Shown: piece after piece, positions 17,926 to 25,806 of the stretch
Position numbering within the stretch: position 1 is the stretch's first letter
Layout: the number at the start of each line of letters is the position of its first letter
Source of the DNA: Bacteroidaceae bacterium
GTDB taxonomy: Bacteria > Bacteroidota > Bacteroidia > Bacteroidales > Bacteroidaceae
Assembly: GCA_017548075.1 (NCBI GenBank)
Contig: JAFYNL010000034.1
Span: 24,191-88,190, forward strand
Length of the DNA: 64,000 bases
Reading direction: 5' to 3'
Made by a program: the position numbers and the translations under genes
The notes under the pieces: generated by a model
The model's database searches: none
What the model was told of the DNA's origin: nothing
The model's input: the letters and a program-made list of their open reading frames with translations, nothing else

Positions 17926-19686
17926 ATGAGTCTCGCAGTTACAGGTTTCGGCATTATTTGCGCGATTGGAAATGACGCACAAAGTGTTCTTCGTTCCCTT
18001 CAAGAAGGCAGAACGGGGATAGGAGCCATGCGTTATCTGCAATCGAGCCACAAGGAACTTCCCGTCGGAGAAGTGAAACTCTCAAATGATGAGATGAAGC
18101 GAATGCTCGGACAGGATGAGAAGTCCATCATCAGCCGCACAGTTTTGATGGGAGCAATCGCTATTCGTCAGGCTTTGGAGCACGCCAATCTTGACCTGAA
18201 AGGCAAGCGAATCGCCCTCATCAACGGCACAACTGTAGGCGGAATGGATATTACGGAGCACTACTTCATGCAGATGAAGGAGGATGATGCCCTATTGCCT
18301 GTCCTTGAGAAGCACGACTGTGGAAGTTCCACTCGCGAAATGGCCGACCTTGCAGGCCTGAAGGATGCAGAAGTTTGCACAATCTCGACGGCCTGTTCAT
18401 CTGCAGTAAATGCCATTATTCTTGGGTCGGAAATGCTCAAGAACAACGAGGCAGACATCATCATAGCTGGCGGCACAGAGGCTTTGAGCTTGTTCCACCT
18501 CAACGGATTCAATTCCCTGATGATTCTCGACAAAGAGCAATGCCGTCCTTTCGACAAGAATCGAGCAGGACTGAATCTGGGCGAAGGAGCCGCTTTCGTT
18601 GTGCTTCAGAAGCCTGAGAACCTAACAAACGAGCAAAATCCTCTCGCCTACATTCGCGGTTATGGCAATCGTTGTGATGCCTTCCACCAGACTGCTTCGT
18701 CCGAAGATGGTGAAGGAGCCTTCCTTGCGATGAGTGAAGCCCTGAAAATGAGCGGGTTAGAGCCTCAAGACATTCAATATATAAATGCTCACGGAACAGG
18801 GACTCCCAATAATGATGCAAGCGAAAGTGCGGCTATTCGACGAGTTTTCGGAGAGAAAATTCCACCCGTCTCGAGCACAAAAGGCTTTACAGGGCACACG
18901 ACTTCGGCTTCTGGTTCGATTGAGGCAGTCATTTGCATCCTGTCTCTTCTCAAGGACTTCGTGCCCGCAAACCTTGGTTGGAAGGAGCAAGACGAAGCCT
19001 GCATCAAGCCGACGACGGACAACAGACAACAGACAACGGAGAACATTCTTTGCAATTCCTTTGGCTTTGGAGGGAATGATTCGGCAGTTGTGATAAGCAA
19101 AAACGCTAGCCCCTCTAACTCCTCACAAAAGGAGCAGAACCTCGAAGTTTGTACTTTGGGAGAGGCTATTGTTGAAGATGTGGAGCAACTTCAAGAACTT
19201 CGAGAGTTCATTTCTCCAGGCGAGGCCCGAAGGATGGGCAAACTCATGAAGGCTGCCACCATTACTTCGCTCAAAGCTTTGCAGGCTGCAGGAATCGAGA
19301 CTCCTGATGCCATCATTACTGCAACCGCTTTTGGAATGCTCGAAACGAGTGAGAAGTTTATGGTCGATATGTTGGAAAATGGCGAGGAAACCTTGAGTCC
19401 CACCCTCTTCATGCAAAGCACGCACAATACTTTGAGTTCCGCAATCGCCATTCGAACCAAATGTCATGGCTACAATATGACTTATTCGCAAGGCTCCGAC
19501 TCGCTTGAATGGGCACTTCGCGACGCGCGAAGGCTGATAGAAACGGGCAAAGCGAAGACAGTTCTGGTAGGTTTTCACGACGAAGCAACCCCAACGTTCC
19601 AGGAGTTCTTCCGTCGTATGGAAAAGCCCATTCCATCGATGCTTTACTCTCGAAGCATAGTGCTTGGGAGAAGACCTGCAGAGTAG
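17926..19686 (+). CDS. Beta-ketoacyl-ACP synthase (FabF/FabB-like, Cys-His-His) fused to a chain-length-factor-like domain
   Basis: 586 aa. STACSSAVNAI, NAHGTGTPNNDASE, GHTTSASG and NSFGFGGND motifs. The C-terminal ~190 aa carry SPTLFMQSTHNTLSSAIAI, typical of the APE-type CLF (PF13723-like). Confidence 0.88.
   Translation: MSLAVTGFGIICAIGNDAQSVLRSLQEGRTGIGAMRYLQSSHKELPVGEVKLSNDEMKRMLGQDEKSIISRTVLMGAIAIRQALEHANLDLKGKRIALINGTTVGGMDITEHYFMQMKEDDALLPVLEKHDCGSSTREMADLAGLKDAEVCTISTACSSAVNAIILGSEMLKNNEADIIIAGGTEALSLFHLNGFNSLMILDKEQCRPFDKNRAGLNLGEGAAFVVLQKPENLTNEQNPLAYIRGYGNRCDAFHQTASSEDGEGAFLAMSEALKMSGLEPQDIQYINAHGTGTPNNDASESAAIRRVFGEKIPPVSSTKGFTGHTTSASGSIEAVICILSLLKDFVPANLGWKEQDEACIKPTTDNRQQTTENILCNSFGFGGNDSAVVISKNASPSNSSQKEQNLEVCTLGEAIVEDVEQLQELREFISPGEARRMGKLMKAATITSLKALQAAGIETPDAIITATAFGMLETSEKFMVDMLENGEETLSPTLFMQSTHNTLSSAIAIRTKCHGYNMTYSQGSDSLEWALRDARRLIETGKAKTVLVGFHDEATPTFQEFFRRMEKPIPSMLYSRSIVLGRRPAE
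19011..19045. repeat. Heptamer block (gacgacg gacaaca gacaaca gacaacg gagaaca) inside the KS-CLF gene
   Basis: Read directly; encodes TTDNRQQTTEN just before the NSFGFGG motif. Confidence 0.85.
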
Positions 19687-19688
19687 TT

Positions 19689-19777
19689 GCCAAACATAAC
19701 ACGTTAAAATGGCAAACGTAACACGTTAACTTTGCAATCATAACACGTTAACTTTGCCAACGACACTAGGGTTGTTT
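19689..19777. repeat. Array of ~4 tandem 22-bp units (forward) separating the two halves of the lipid cluster
   Basis: gccaaacataacacgttaaaatg / gcaaacgtaacacgttaacttt / gcaatcataacacgttaacttt / gccaacgacactagggttgttt. It begins 3 nt after the stop at 19686. Confidence 0.9.
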
Positions 19778-19885
19778 TGAAACATAGCTGGCTTCGTTTA
19801 TAACCTCTGCATGACAAACAAGTAATGATAGGCTCGAAAACGGGCTTTTTTGTTAAGCGGATTTTGTAATTTGAATTTGTTGTCG

Positions 19886-19893
19886 TATCTTTG
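19886..19893 (+). promoter_or_regulatory. -7 promoter box (tatctttg) for the second cluster operon
   Basis: 19 nt upstream of the ATG at 19913. Confidence 0.5.
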
Positions 19894-19912
19894 TAGCCAT
19901 AATTATAATGAT

Positions 19913-20263
19913 ATGCAACTACTACCTTTAGCCGTACTTCAAAGCCTATTGTATGTAGGCGGACAGGTTTTCTTGAAACTCGCCTTAGGCAAAATGGAGC
20001 CTTTCGGCTGGAATTGGCAGTTCTGGAGCTCAGTCTTTTCGAACTGGCAGTTTGCCGTTTGTGGTCTCCTTTTCTGTTCAGGAACAATCCTCTGGCTCTA
20101 CATCATCAAGCATTTCCCCTTCAGCATGGCCTATCCAATGGCTTCGCTGAGTTATGTTTTCGCCATGATAGCGGCAATGTTGGTGTTCCACGAAGACGTG
20201 AGTCTGACGAGATGGTTGGGCATTTTGCTCATTATGGCTGGGTGTTACTTTATAGCGAAATAA
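19913..20263 (+). CDS. Small 4-TM EamA/SMR-like (ArnE/ArnF-like) membrane transporter subunit
   Basis: 117 aa from MQLLPLAVLQ, hydrophobic, with a C-terminal LGILLIMAGCYFI typical of half-size DMT proteins. Confidence 0.6.
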   Translation: MQLLPLAVLQSLLYVGGQVFLKLALGKMEPFGWNWQFWSSVFSNWQFAVCGLLFCSGTILWLYIIKHFPFSMAYPMASLSYVFAMIAAMLVFHEDVSLTRWLGILLIMAGCYFIAK

Positions 20264-20267
20264 GAAG

Positions 20268-20849
20268 ATGAAACGATATCTGTTGTTTACCGTTTACTGT
20301 TTACTGTTTACTGCTTTGGTTGCGCAAGGGTTGAGCGAACAGAAAATCATCCAGAAGATGACGGTTGCGGCTGAGAATATCAAGACCGTTCAATGCAACT
20401 TCACGCAGACAAAACGCATGAAAATGCTGAGTAAAGAGCAGGTTTCGCAAGGCAAAATGTTCTGTCAGCAACCCGATAAACTGCGATGGGAGTACACAAG
20501 CCCGCGTTCGAGCACTCTTATCTTGGACGGAACGAGTGTTCGTCTTCTGAAAGGTGATTCGGATAATGGAAGCCGAAACAAGTTTATGGGCGAAATGGCA
20601 AGACTGATAATGAATAGTGTTGCCGGCAAATGTCTGACCGACAGTAAAGCCTTCCAAGTCTCTGCAAAAGAGTTGCCAACAGAATATATCGCGACTCTTC
20701 TCCCTCTAAAAAAGGAGATGAAACGGCTCTATACCAAGCTCGTTTTGCATTTCGACACGAAACAATCGACTGTAACAAAGGTTGAGTTGCACGAAAAGAA
20801 TGGCGACCAAACCATAATTGACCTGCATGACATCCAAATCAACAAGTAA
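20268..20849 (+). CDS. LolA-like outer-membrane lipoprotein carrier family protein
   Basis: 193 aa. Signal peptide, then F.Q.K....L......G.....PDKLRWEY, the typical LolA-like signature. Confidence 0.75.
   Translation: MKRYLLFTVYCLLFTALVAQGLSEQKIIQKMTVAAENIKTVQCNFTQTKRMKMLSKEQVSQGKMFCQQPDKLRWEYTSPRSSTLILDGTSVRLLKGDSDNGSRNKFMGEMARLIMNSVAGKCLTDSKAFQVSAKELPTEYIATLLPLKKEMKRLYTKLVLHFDTKQSTVTKVELHEKNGDQTIIDLHDIQINK
20285..20319. repeat. Heptamer block (gtttacc gtttact gtttact gtttact gctttgg) inside the signal-peptide codons
   Basis: Read directly; encodes FTVYCLLFTAL. Confidence 0.8.
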
Positions 20850-22332
20850 ACAGACTCTGCGCGAACGAGGTATCTGCGTTGTGATTCCTACATATAATAA
20901 TGAAGGAACCATTGCTGATGTCGTTCGCAGAACGCTTGTTGAATGTTATGATGTTATTGTTGTTTCGGATGGTTGCACAGATAAAACACTCGAGATTCTG
21001 CAGGAAATCGAGGGGATTACCATTGTTTCCTACCCAAAGAATGCAGGCAAAGGAACCGCTCTGAAACGTGGCTTCCGCAAGGCTCTCGAGATGGGTTTTG
21101 CCTATGCAATAACGATGGATGCCGACGGACAACACTTTCCTGAAGACATTCCCGTTATGCTTCAAGCCAATCAAAAGCATCCTGGAGCACTCATTATAGG
21201 CGAACGAAAGGAACTTGAGAAGGCGGAACGAAGCAAAGGAAGCAAGTTTGCGAATGCTTTCGGCAACTTCTGGTTCGCAGTTCAAACGGGCCATTACCTC
21301 AAAGACACGCAGTCGGGCTTCCGCCTCTATCCCTTGAAGAAACTTCATGGGCTTTCGTCGCTCACTTCTCGATACGAGGCAGAACTCGAGTTGCTTGTCT
21401 TCGCTTCCTGGCACGGAACAGAGATTGTCTCCACGCCAGTCAACGTTTACTATCCTCCAACAGAAGAAAGAGTCTCGCATTTCCGCCCAATCAGGGACTT
21501 TTCACGCATTTTCATCCTCAACACGATTCTTTGCGTCCTCGCTCTTATCTATGGCCTTCCGCTTGCAATATGGCGAGGCCTGATGACTTTGTTGCGTTCC
21601 ATCTACTCTCTTCTGTTCTTCATTCTCTCTGCCATCTTTGTGGTAAGGCCGCATGCAAGGCTTTATCTAATGAAAGAGAAAGACATTGAGAAGAGGCGTT
21701 TGGGCTGTCATCGCATCCTTTGGAACTATGCTCGTTTCGTTACACTAAAGCATGGAATTCCTGGTGTGAAGTTTTCTGTCGGCAATCCTAATAGGGAGGA
21801 CTTCGAGAAGCCTGCAATCATCATTTGCAACCATCAATCGCATCTTGACTTGATGACAATGCTGATTCACACGCCCAAACTCGTTGTCCTGACCAAGGAT
21901 TGGGTGTGGAACAACCCAATTTACGGATATATCATTCGTAATGCAGAGTTCTATCCTGTTTCCGAAGGCCTGGAAACCCTACTCCCCAAACTGCACTCGC
22001 TCGTCGAAAGAGGCTATAGTATTGTGGTTTATCCGGAAGGAACTCGTTCGCAAGACTGTTCTGTAGGACGCTTCCATCAAGGCGCTTTCTACTTGGCAAA
22101 GCAACTGAATGCGGATGTCCTTCCTATCATATCTTATGGCGCAGGAAAGGCTTTGCCCAAGAAAGGCAAGTTCCTCCGCAAGTGGCCTATCAGACTTGAG
22201 ATAGACAACAGACTTAGTCCTGAAGAAATGCAGGCATTTGGAAAGACTTCGAGGGCACAAGCATCAGGAATGAGGAAGTATTATGAGAGGCGATATACAG
22301 AGATAGCAAACCGAATGGAACAAGATGTATGA
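20818..22332 (+). CDS. Fusion protein: GT2 glycosyltransferase + TM segment + PlsC-type 1-acylglycerol-3-phosphate acyltransferase
   Basis: 504 aa. N-terminal VVIPTYNNEGTI...MDADGQH (GT2); a central hydrophobic region; C-terminal ICNHQSHLDLM (HX4D) and VYPEGTRS (LPLAT). Overlaps the LolA-like gene by about 30 nt. Confidence 0.82.
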   Translation: MTCMTSKSTSKQTLRERGICVVIPTYNNEGTIADVVRRTLVECYDVIVVSDGCTDKTLEILQEIEGITIVSYPKNAGKGTALKRGFRKALEMGFAYAITMDADGQHFPEDIPVMLQANQKHPGALIIGERKELEKAERSKGSKFANAFGNFWFAVQTGHYLKDTQSGFRLYPLKKLHGLSSLTSRYEAELELLVFASWHGTEIVSTPVNVYYPPTEERVSHFRPIRDFSRIFILNTILCVLALIYGLPLAIWRGLMTLLRSIYSLLFFILSAIFVVRPHARLYLMKEKDIEKRRLGCHRILWNYARFVTLKHGIPGVKFSVGNPNREDFEKPAIIICNHQSHLDLMTMLIHTPKLVVLTKDWVWNNPIYGYIIRNAEFYPVSEGLETLLPKLHSLVERGYSIVVYPEGTRSQDCSVGRFHQGAFYLAKQLNADVLPIISYGAGKALPKKGKFLRKWPIRLEIDNRLSPEEMQAFGKTSRAQASGMRKYYERRYTEIANRMEQDV

Positions 22333-23146
22333 TGAGATGATGCGTGTTTTGCTTTCCATAATAATGCTTTTGAGCGGAATCTCTTTGCTTGCTAAGGAGA
22401 AAAGACTTACTCCATATTTGGCAGATACAGGCAAGCCTTCCACAGCTGTTATTGTGTGTCCTGGCGGTTCATACTGCTGGCATGATATGAAGACAGAAGG
22501 AAGAGAGGTGGCAGAATGGCTGCAAGCAAACGGCATTTCGGCTTTTGTGTTGAAGTACAAAGTACAAGGTATTGTGCCGTATATCACGCATTCTCGGCTC
22601 CTGTTTCGAGGTAATCAGCATCCTGACATGATTAACGACTTGCAACAAGCCATCAGTTATGTGCGAGAACATGCAGAAGAATATAGCATCGATCCTCATC
22701 AAGTTGGTGTGATGGGCTTTTCTGCAGGCGGACATTTGGCAATGCATTCAGCAGAGCAGCCTCTTTCTCGTCCAAATTTTGTTGCAGCTATCTATCCAGT
22801 AGTAAGTATGTCTCATCCTGACACACACAAGCGTTCGAGACGAGCATTGCTGGGTGAATACAGGAAATACAACAAAAAGATGCGCGACTCTCTTTCCCTC
22901 GAAAAGCATGTTCCAATGGATTGTCCACCAGTTTTTCTCGTTAACTGCAAGGACGACCCTGTAGTGAAGTACCATAATTCGGAGCTTTTGGACTCTGCTC
23001 TAACTGCCCAAGGCATTAATCATCGCTACATTCAGTATAGTACTGGAGGACATGGCTTCGGGGCTTCTGACACAAAAGGTTCGGAAGAATGTCGCGCTTG
23101 GAAGAAGGAGTTTATCAAATGGCTTAAAGAACTTGACTTGCAATGA
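22325..23146 (+). CDS. Alpha/beta hydrolase (esterase/lipase type) with an N-terminal signal or anchor
   Basis: 273 aa. VCPGGSY oxyanion region, GFSAGGHLA nucleophile elbow and a C-terminal GGHGF. The true start may be a few codons downstream. Confidence 0.75.
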   Translation: MYDEMMRVLLSIIMLLSGISLLAKEKRLTPYLADTGKPSTAVIVCPGGSYCWHDMKTEGREVAEWLQANGISAFVLKYKVQGIVPYITHSRLLFRGNQHPDMINDLQQAISYVREHAEEYSIDPHQVGVMGFSAGGHLAMHSAEQPLSRPNFVAAIYPVVSMSHPDTHKRSRRALLGEYRKYNKKMRDSLSLEKHVPMDCPPVFLVNCKDDPVVKYHNSELLDSALTAQGINHRYIQYSTGGHGFGASDTKGSEECRAWKKEFIKWLKELDLQ

Positions 23147-25578
23147 TTCTAAAGATATTTGACTTCCTCCGCAAACACGCTCTTGCTCGTTGGATTTCGC
23201 TTCTTGCCATTACGCTGGTTTTAGTAGCGTCAATCATGCGTCTTTCCTATAAAGAAGACATACGAGACTTCCTGCCTCTAAGCAAGACAGACAGGGAACG
23301 GATGGCCGTTTATCAGGACATTTCGGGCATGAACCGACTCTTTGTAGTCTTCGAAAGCAAAGGTGATGCAGAAAGAACTACAGAAGCTATCGACGATTTT
23401 GTTAGTATAGTGGAGGAAAGCGATACGTCAGGTTGGTGCCAAGACTTGCAAGCGACGTTCGACCTCGAGAGTCTTTCCGAAACGATGGACTTCGTTTATG
23501 CGAATGCACCTCTCTTTTTGACAGAAGATGATTACAAGAGGATGGACAGTCTTCTTGCTTCGCCCAACTTCATGGATAACAGACTTGAGGACGACTTGAA
23601 TACCTTGATGTTCCCTTCTAGTAGCCTCATCAGTCAAAGCATCAGTAGCGATCCGCTCGGACTATTTACTCCTATAGCTGAAGAACTGCGGCAATCTCAG
23701 AAAGGACTTCAATTTGAGATGTACGACGGCTACATCTTTACGCCCGATATGTCTAAGGCTATTGTGATGCTCTCCTCGCCTTTCGGCAGTAGCGAGACTG
23801 ACAAGAATGCCCAACTTATCACCTTGCTCAACAACGCAATCAACAGCATACAAGCGGACTTCCCTGAGATAAAGGCACACGTTATCGGCGGACCTCAAAT
23901 TGCTGTCGGCAATGCAAAGCAGATTATGCGCGATAGCATCTTGGCTGTAATCTTAGCTGCAATACTTATCTTGGCATTGCTATTTTATGCTTTTCGCAGG
24001 TTAAAGGACATCGTACTCATCGCTCTTTCCATCTTTTGGGGATGGCTCTTTGCTCTTGGAGGCATGGCTTTGGTGCACGATAGTGTCTCGATGATTGTCG
24101 TTGGCATATCGAGTATCATCATTGGCATTGCGGTAAACTATCCGTTGCATCTCATCAGTCATACCAAACATCAACCGAATATCCGTCAGGCTCTTAGCGA
24201 GATAACCACGCCACTCCTTGTTGGCAACATCACTACTGTTGGAGCCTTCCTTGCCCTTGTGCCGCTTAAGTCTATCGCTTTGCGCGACCTAGGTCTGTTC
24301 GCATCATTCCTTCTTATTGGTACTATTCTGTTCGTACTTGTTTTCCTTCCTCATTTCATACAATCAAAGAGGCAAGTCATTTCCTCGAAAGAACCGCACG
24401 ACTTCCTTAGCAGTTTAGCATCTTTGCAAATAGAGAGAAAGAAATGGTTGGTTGCTTTGGTGACCATCCTTACGCTGATCTTTGGCTATTTCAGCCTTTC
24501 TACCGAGTTTGACTCGGACATGTCGAACATCAATTACATGACTGCGGAACAGAAAGCGGAGATGAAATACTTTGAAAGCATTCTTTCGCAAAATGGAACA
24601 GGAGACACTATTTCTCTGTATTTGCTTTCATTTGCGGAAGACTTCGACAAGGCTCTTTCCCGCTCAGAATCTCGTCTGACTGCAATTGATTCTTTGAAAG
24701 AAACAGGTTTAATTGTAAATCATACAGGAGTTAATCGCTTCCTACCTTCAATGAATGAGCAGGCAAAACGGATAAATCGTTGGAATGAATGGATTGAAAT
24801 ACATCCTCAACTGCAGAGCGACTTAAATACTAAAGCAACAAAACATGGCTTTGCGGGAGACGCTTTTACAGACTTCTCAAATATCATTGAGTCGAAATAT
24901 ACTGTACATTCTTTTGATTACTTTACTCCCCTGACCTCCCAAGTCCTTGCAAATTACATCTCCCATAACTCTAAATCGAGACGCTCCACCATAATAGATG
25001 TCCTTTCTGTCAAGAAACAAGATGTGGAAAAGGTCAAGGATGCTTTTCCAGAAGCCTTTGATATAGCCTCCCTTAACTCGTCTGTCGCTAATTCCCTTTC
25101 TGATGACTTTAATTATGTTGGCTGGGCATGTTCGCTGATTGTTTTCCTTTTCCTATGGCTTTCCTTCCGTCGCATTGAGTTGGCTATCATTTCCTTCATA
25201 CCGATGGCAATAAGCTGGATTTGGATTTTGGGCATCATGTCGATCTTAGGTATCAAGTTTAACATTGTAAACATCATCTTGGCAACCTTTATCTTCGGTC
25301 AAGGCGACGACTATACCATCTTTATGACCGAGGGATGCCTATCGGAATATATCCACAAAAAGCCTGTTCTTGCTTCTTACAAACGCAGTATTATTCTCTC
25401 GGCATTAATAATGTTCATTGGCATCGGAACACTCATCATTGCCAAACATCCCGCATTGCATTCGCTAGCAGAAGTCACTATTGTCGGAATGTTCTCTGTG
25501 GTACTAATGGCATACTTGATACCACCTCTCCTCTTCAAATGGATGATGAAGCATTTCCCCCAAAGATTTAACACATAA
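23143..25578 (+). CDS. MMPL/RND-superfamily exporter
   Basis: 811 aa with two 6-TM bundles and two large loop domains. ATGA overlap with the upstream gene. Position and size match APE-type MMPL exporters. Confidence 0.8.
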   Translation: MILKIFDFLRKHALARWISLLAITLVLVASIMRLSYKEDIRDFLPLSKTDRERMAVYQDISGMNRLFVVFESKGDAERTTEAIDDFVSIVEESDTSGWCQDLQATFDLESLSETMDFVYANAPLFLTEDDYKRMDSLLASPNFMDNRLEDDLNTLMFPSSSLISQSISSDPLGLFTPIAEELRQSQKGLQFEMYDGYIFTPDMSKAIVMLSSPFGSSETDKNAQLITLLNNAINSIQADFPEIKAHVIGGPQIAVGNAKQIMRDSILAVILAAILILALLFYAFRRLKDIVLIALSIFWGWLFALGGMALVHDSVSMIVVGISSIIIGIAVNYPLHLISHTKHQPNIRQALSEITTPLLVGNITTVGAFLALVPLKSIALRDLGLFASFLLIGTILFVLVFLPHFIQSKRQVISSKEPHDFLSSLASLQIERKKWLVALVTILTLIFGYFSLSTEFDSDMSNINYMTAEQKAEMKYFESILSQNGTGDTISLYLLSFAEDFDKALSRSESRLTAIDSLKETGLIVNHTGVNRFLPSMNEQAKRINRWNEWIEIHPQLQSDLNTKATKHGFAGDAFTDFSNIIESKYTVHSFDYFTPLTSQVLANYISHNSKSRRSTIIDVLSVKKQDVEKVKDAFPEAFDIASLNSSVANSLSDDFNYVGWACSLIVFLFLWLSFRRIELAIISFIPMAISWIWILGIMSILGIKFNIVNIILATFIFGQGDDYTIFMTEGCLSEYIHKKPVLASYKRSIILSALIMFIGIGTLIIAKHPALHSLAEVTIVGMFSVVLMAYLIPPLLFKWMMKHFPQRFNT

Positions 25579-25584
25579 CATAAT

Positions 25585-25806
25585 ATGAAAGAACGCATTA
25601 TTGAACTATTGAGTGCTGCCCTGCCTATGGTCGACCTCGAATCAGACTTCCTGTTCAGCGAGTTGGATTCTCTTGGCGTGACAACAATTCTGATGTTGCT
25701 CTCCGAAGAGTACGGCATCGAACTGGAGGCAAGAGATGCGACACCAAAGAACCTCAAGACCATCGATTCCATTGTAAAAATGGTAGAAGAGAAACTAGCA
25801 AAGTAA
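25585..25806 (+). CDS. Acyl/aryl carrier protein (phosphopantetheine-binding)
   Basis: 73 aa with an ELDSLGV serine motif. Confidence 0.75.
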   Translation: MKERIIELLSAALPMVDLESDFLFSELDSLGVTTILMLLSEEYGIELEARDATPKNLKTIDSIVKMVEEKLAK

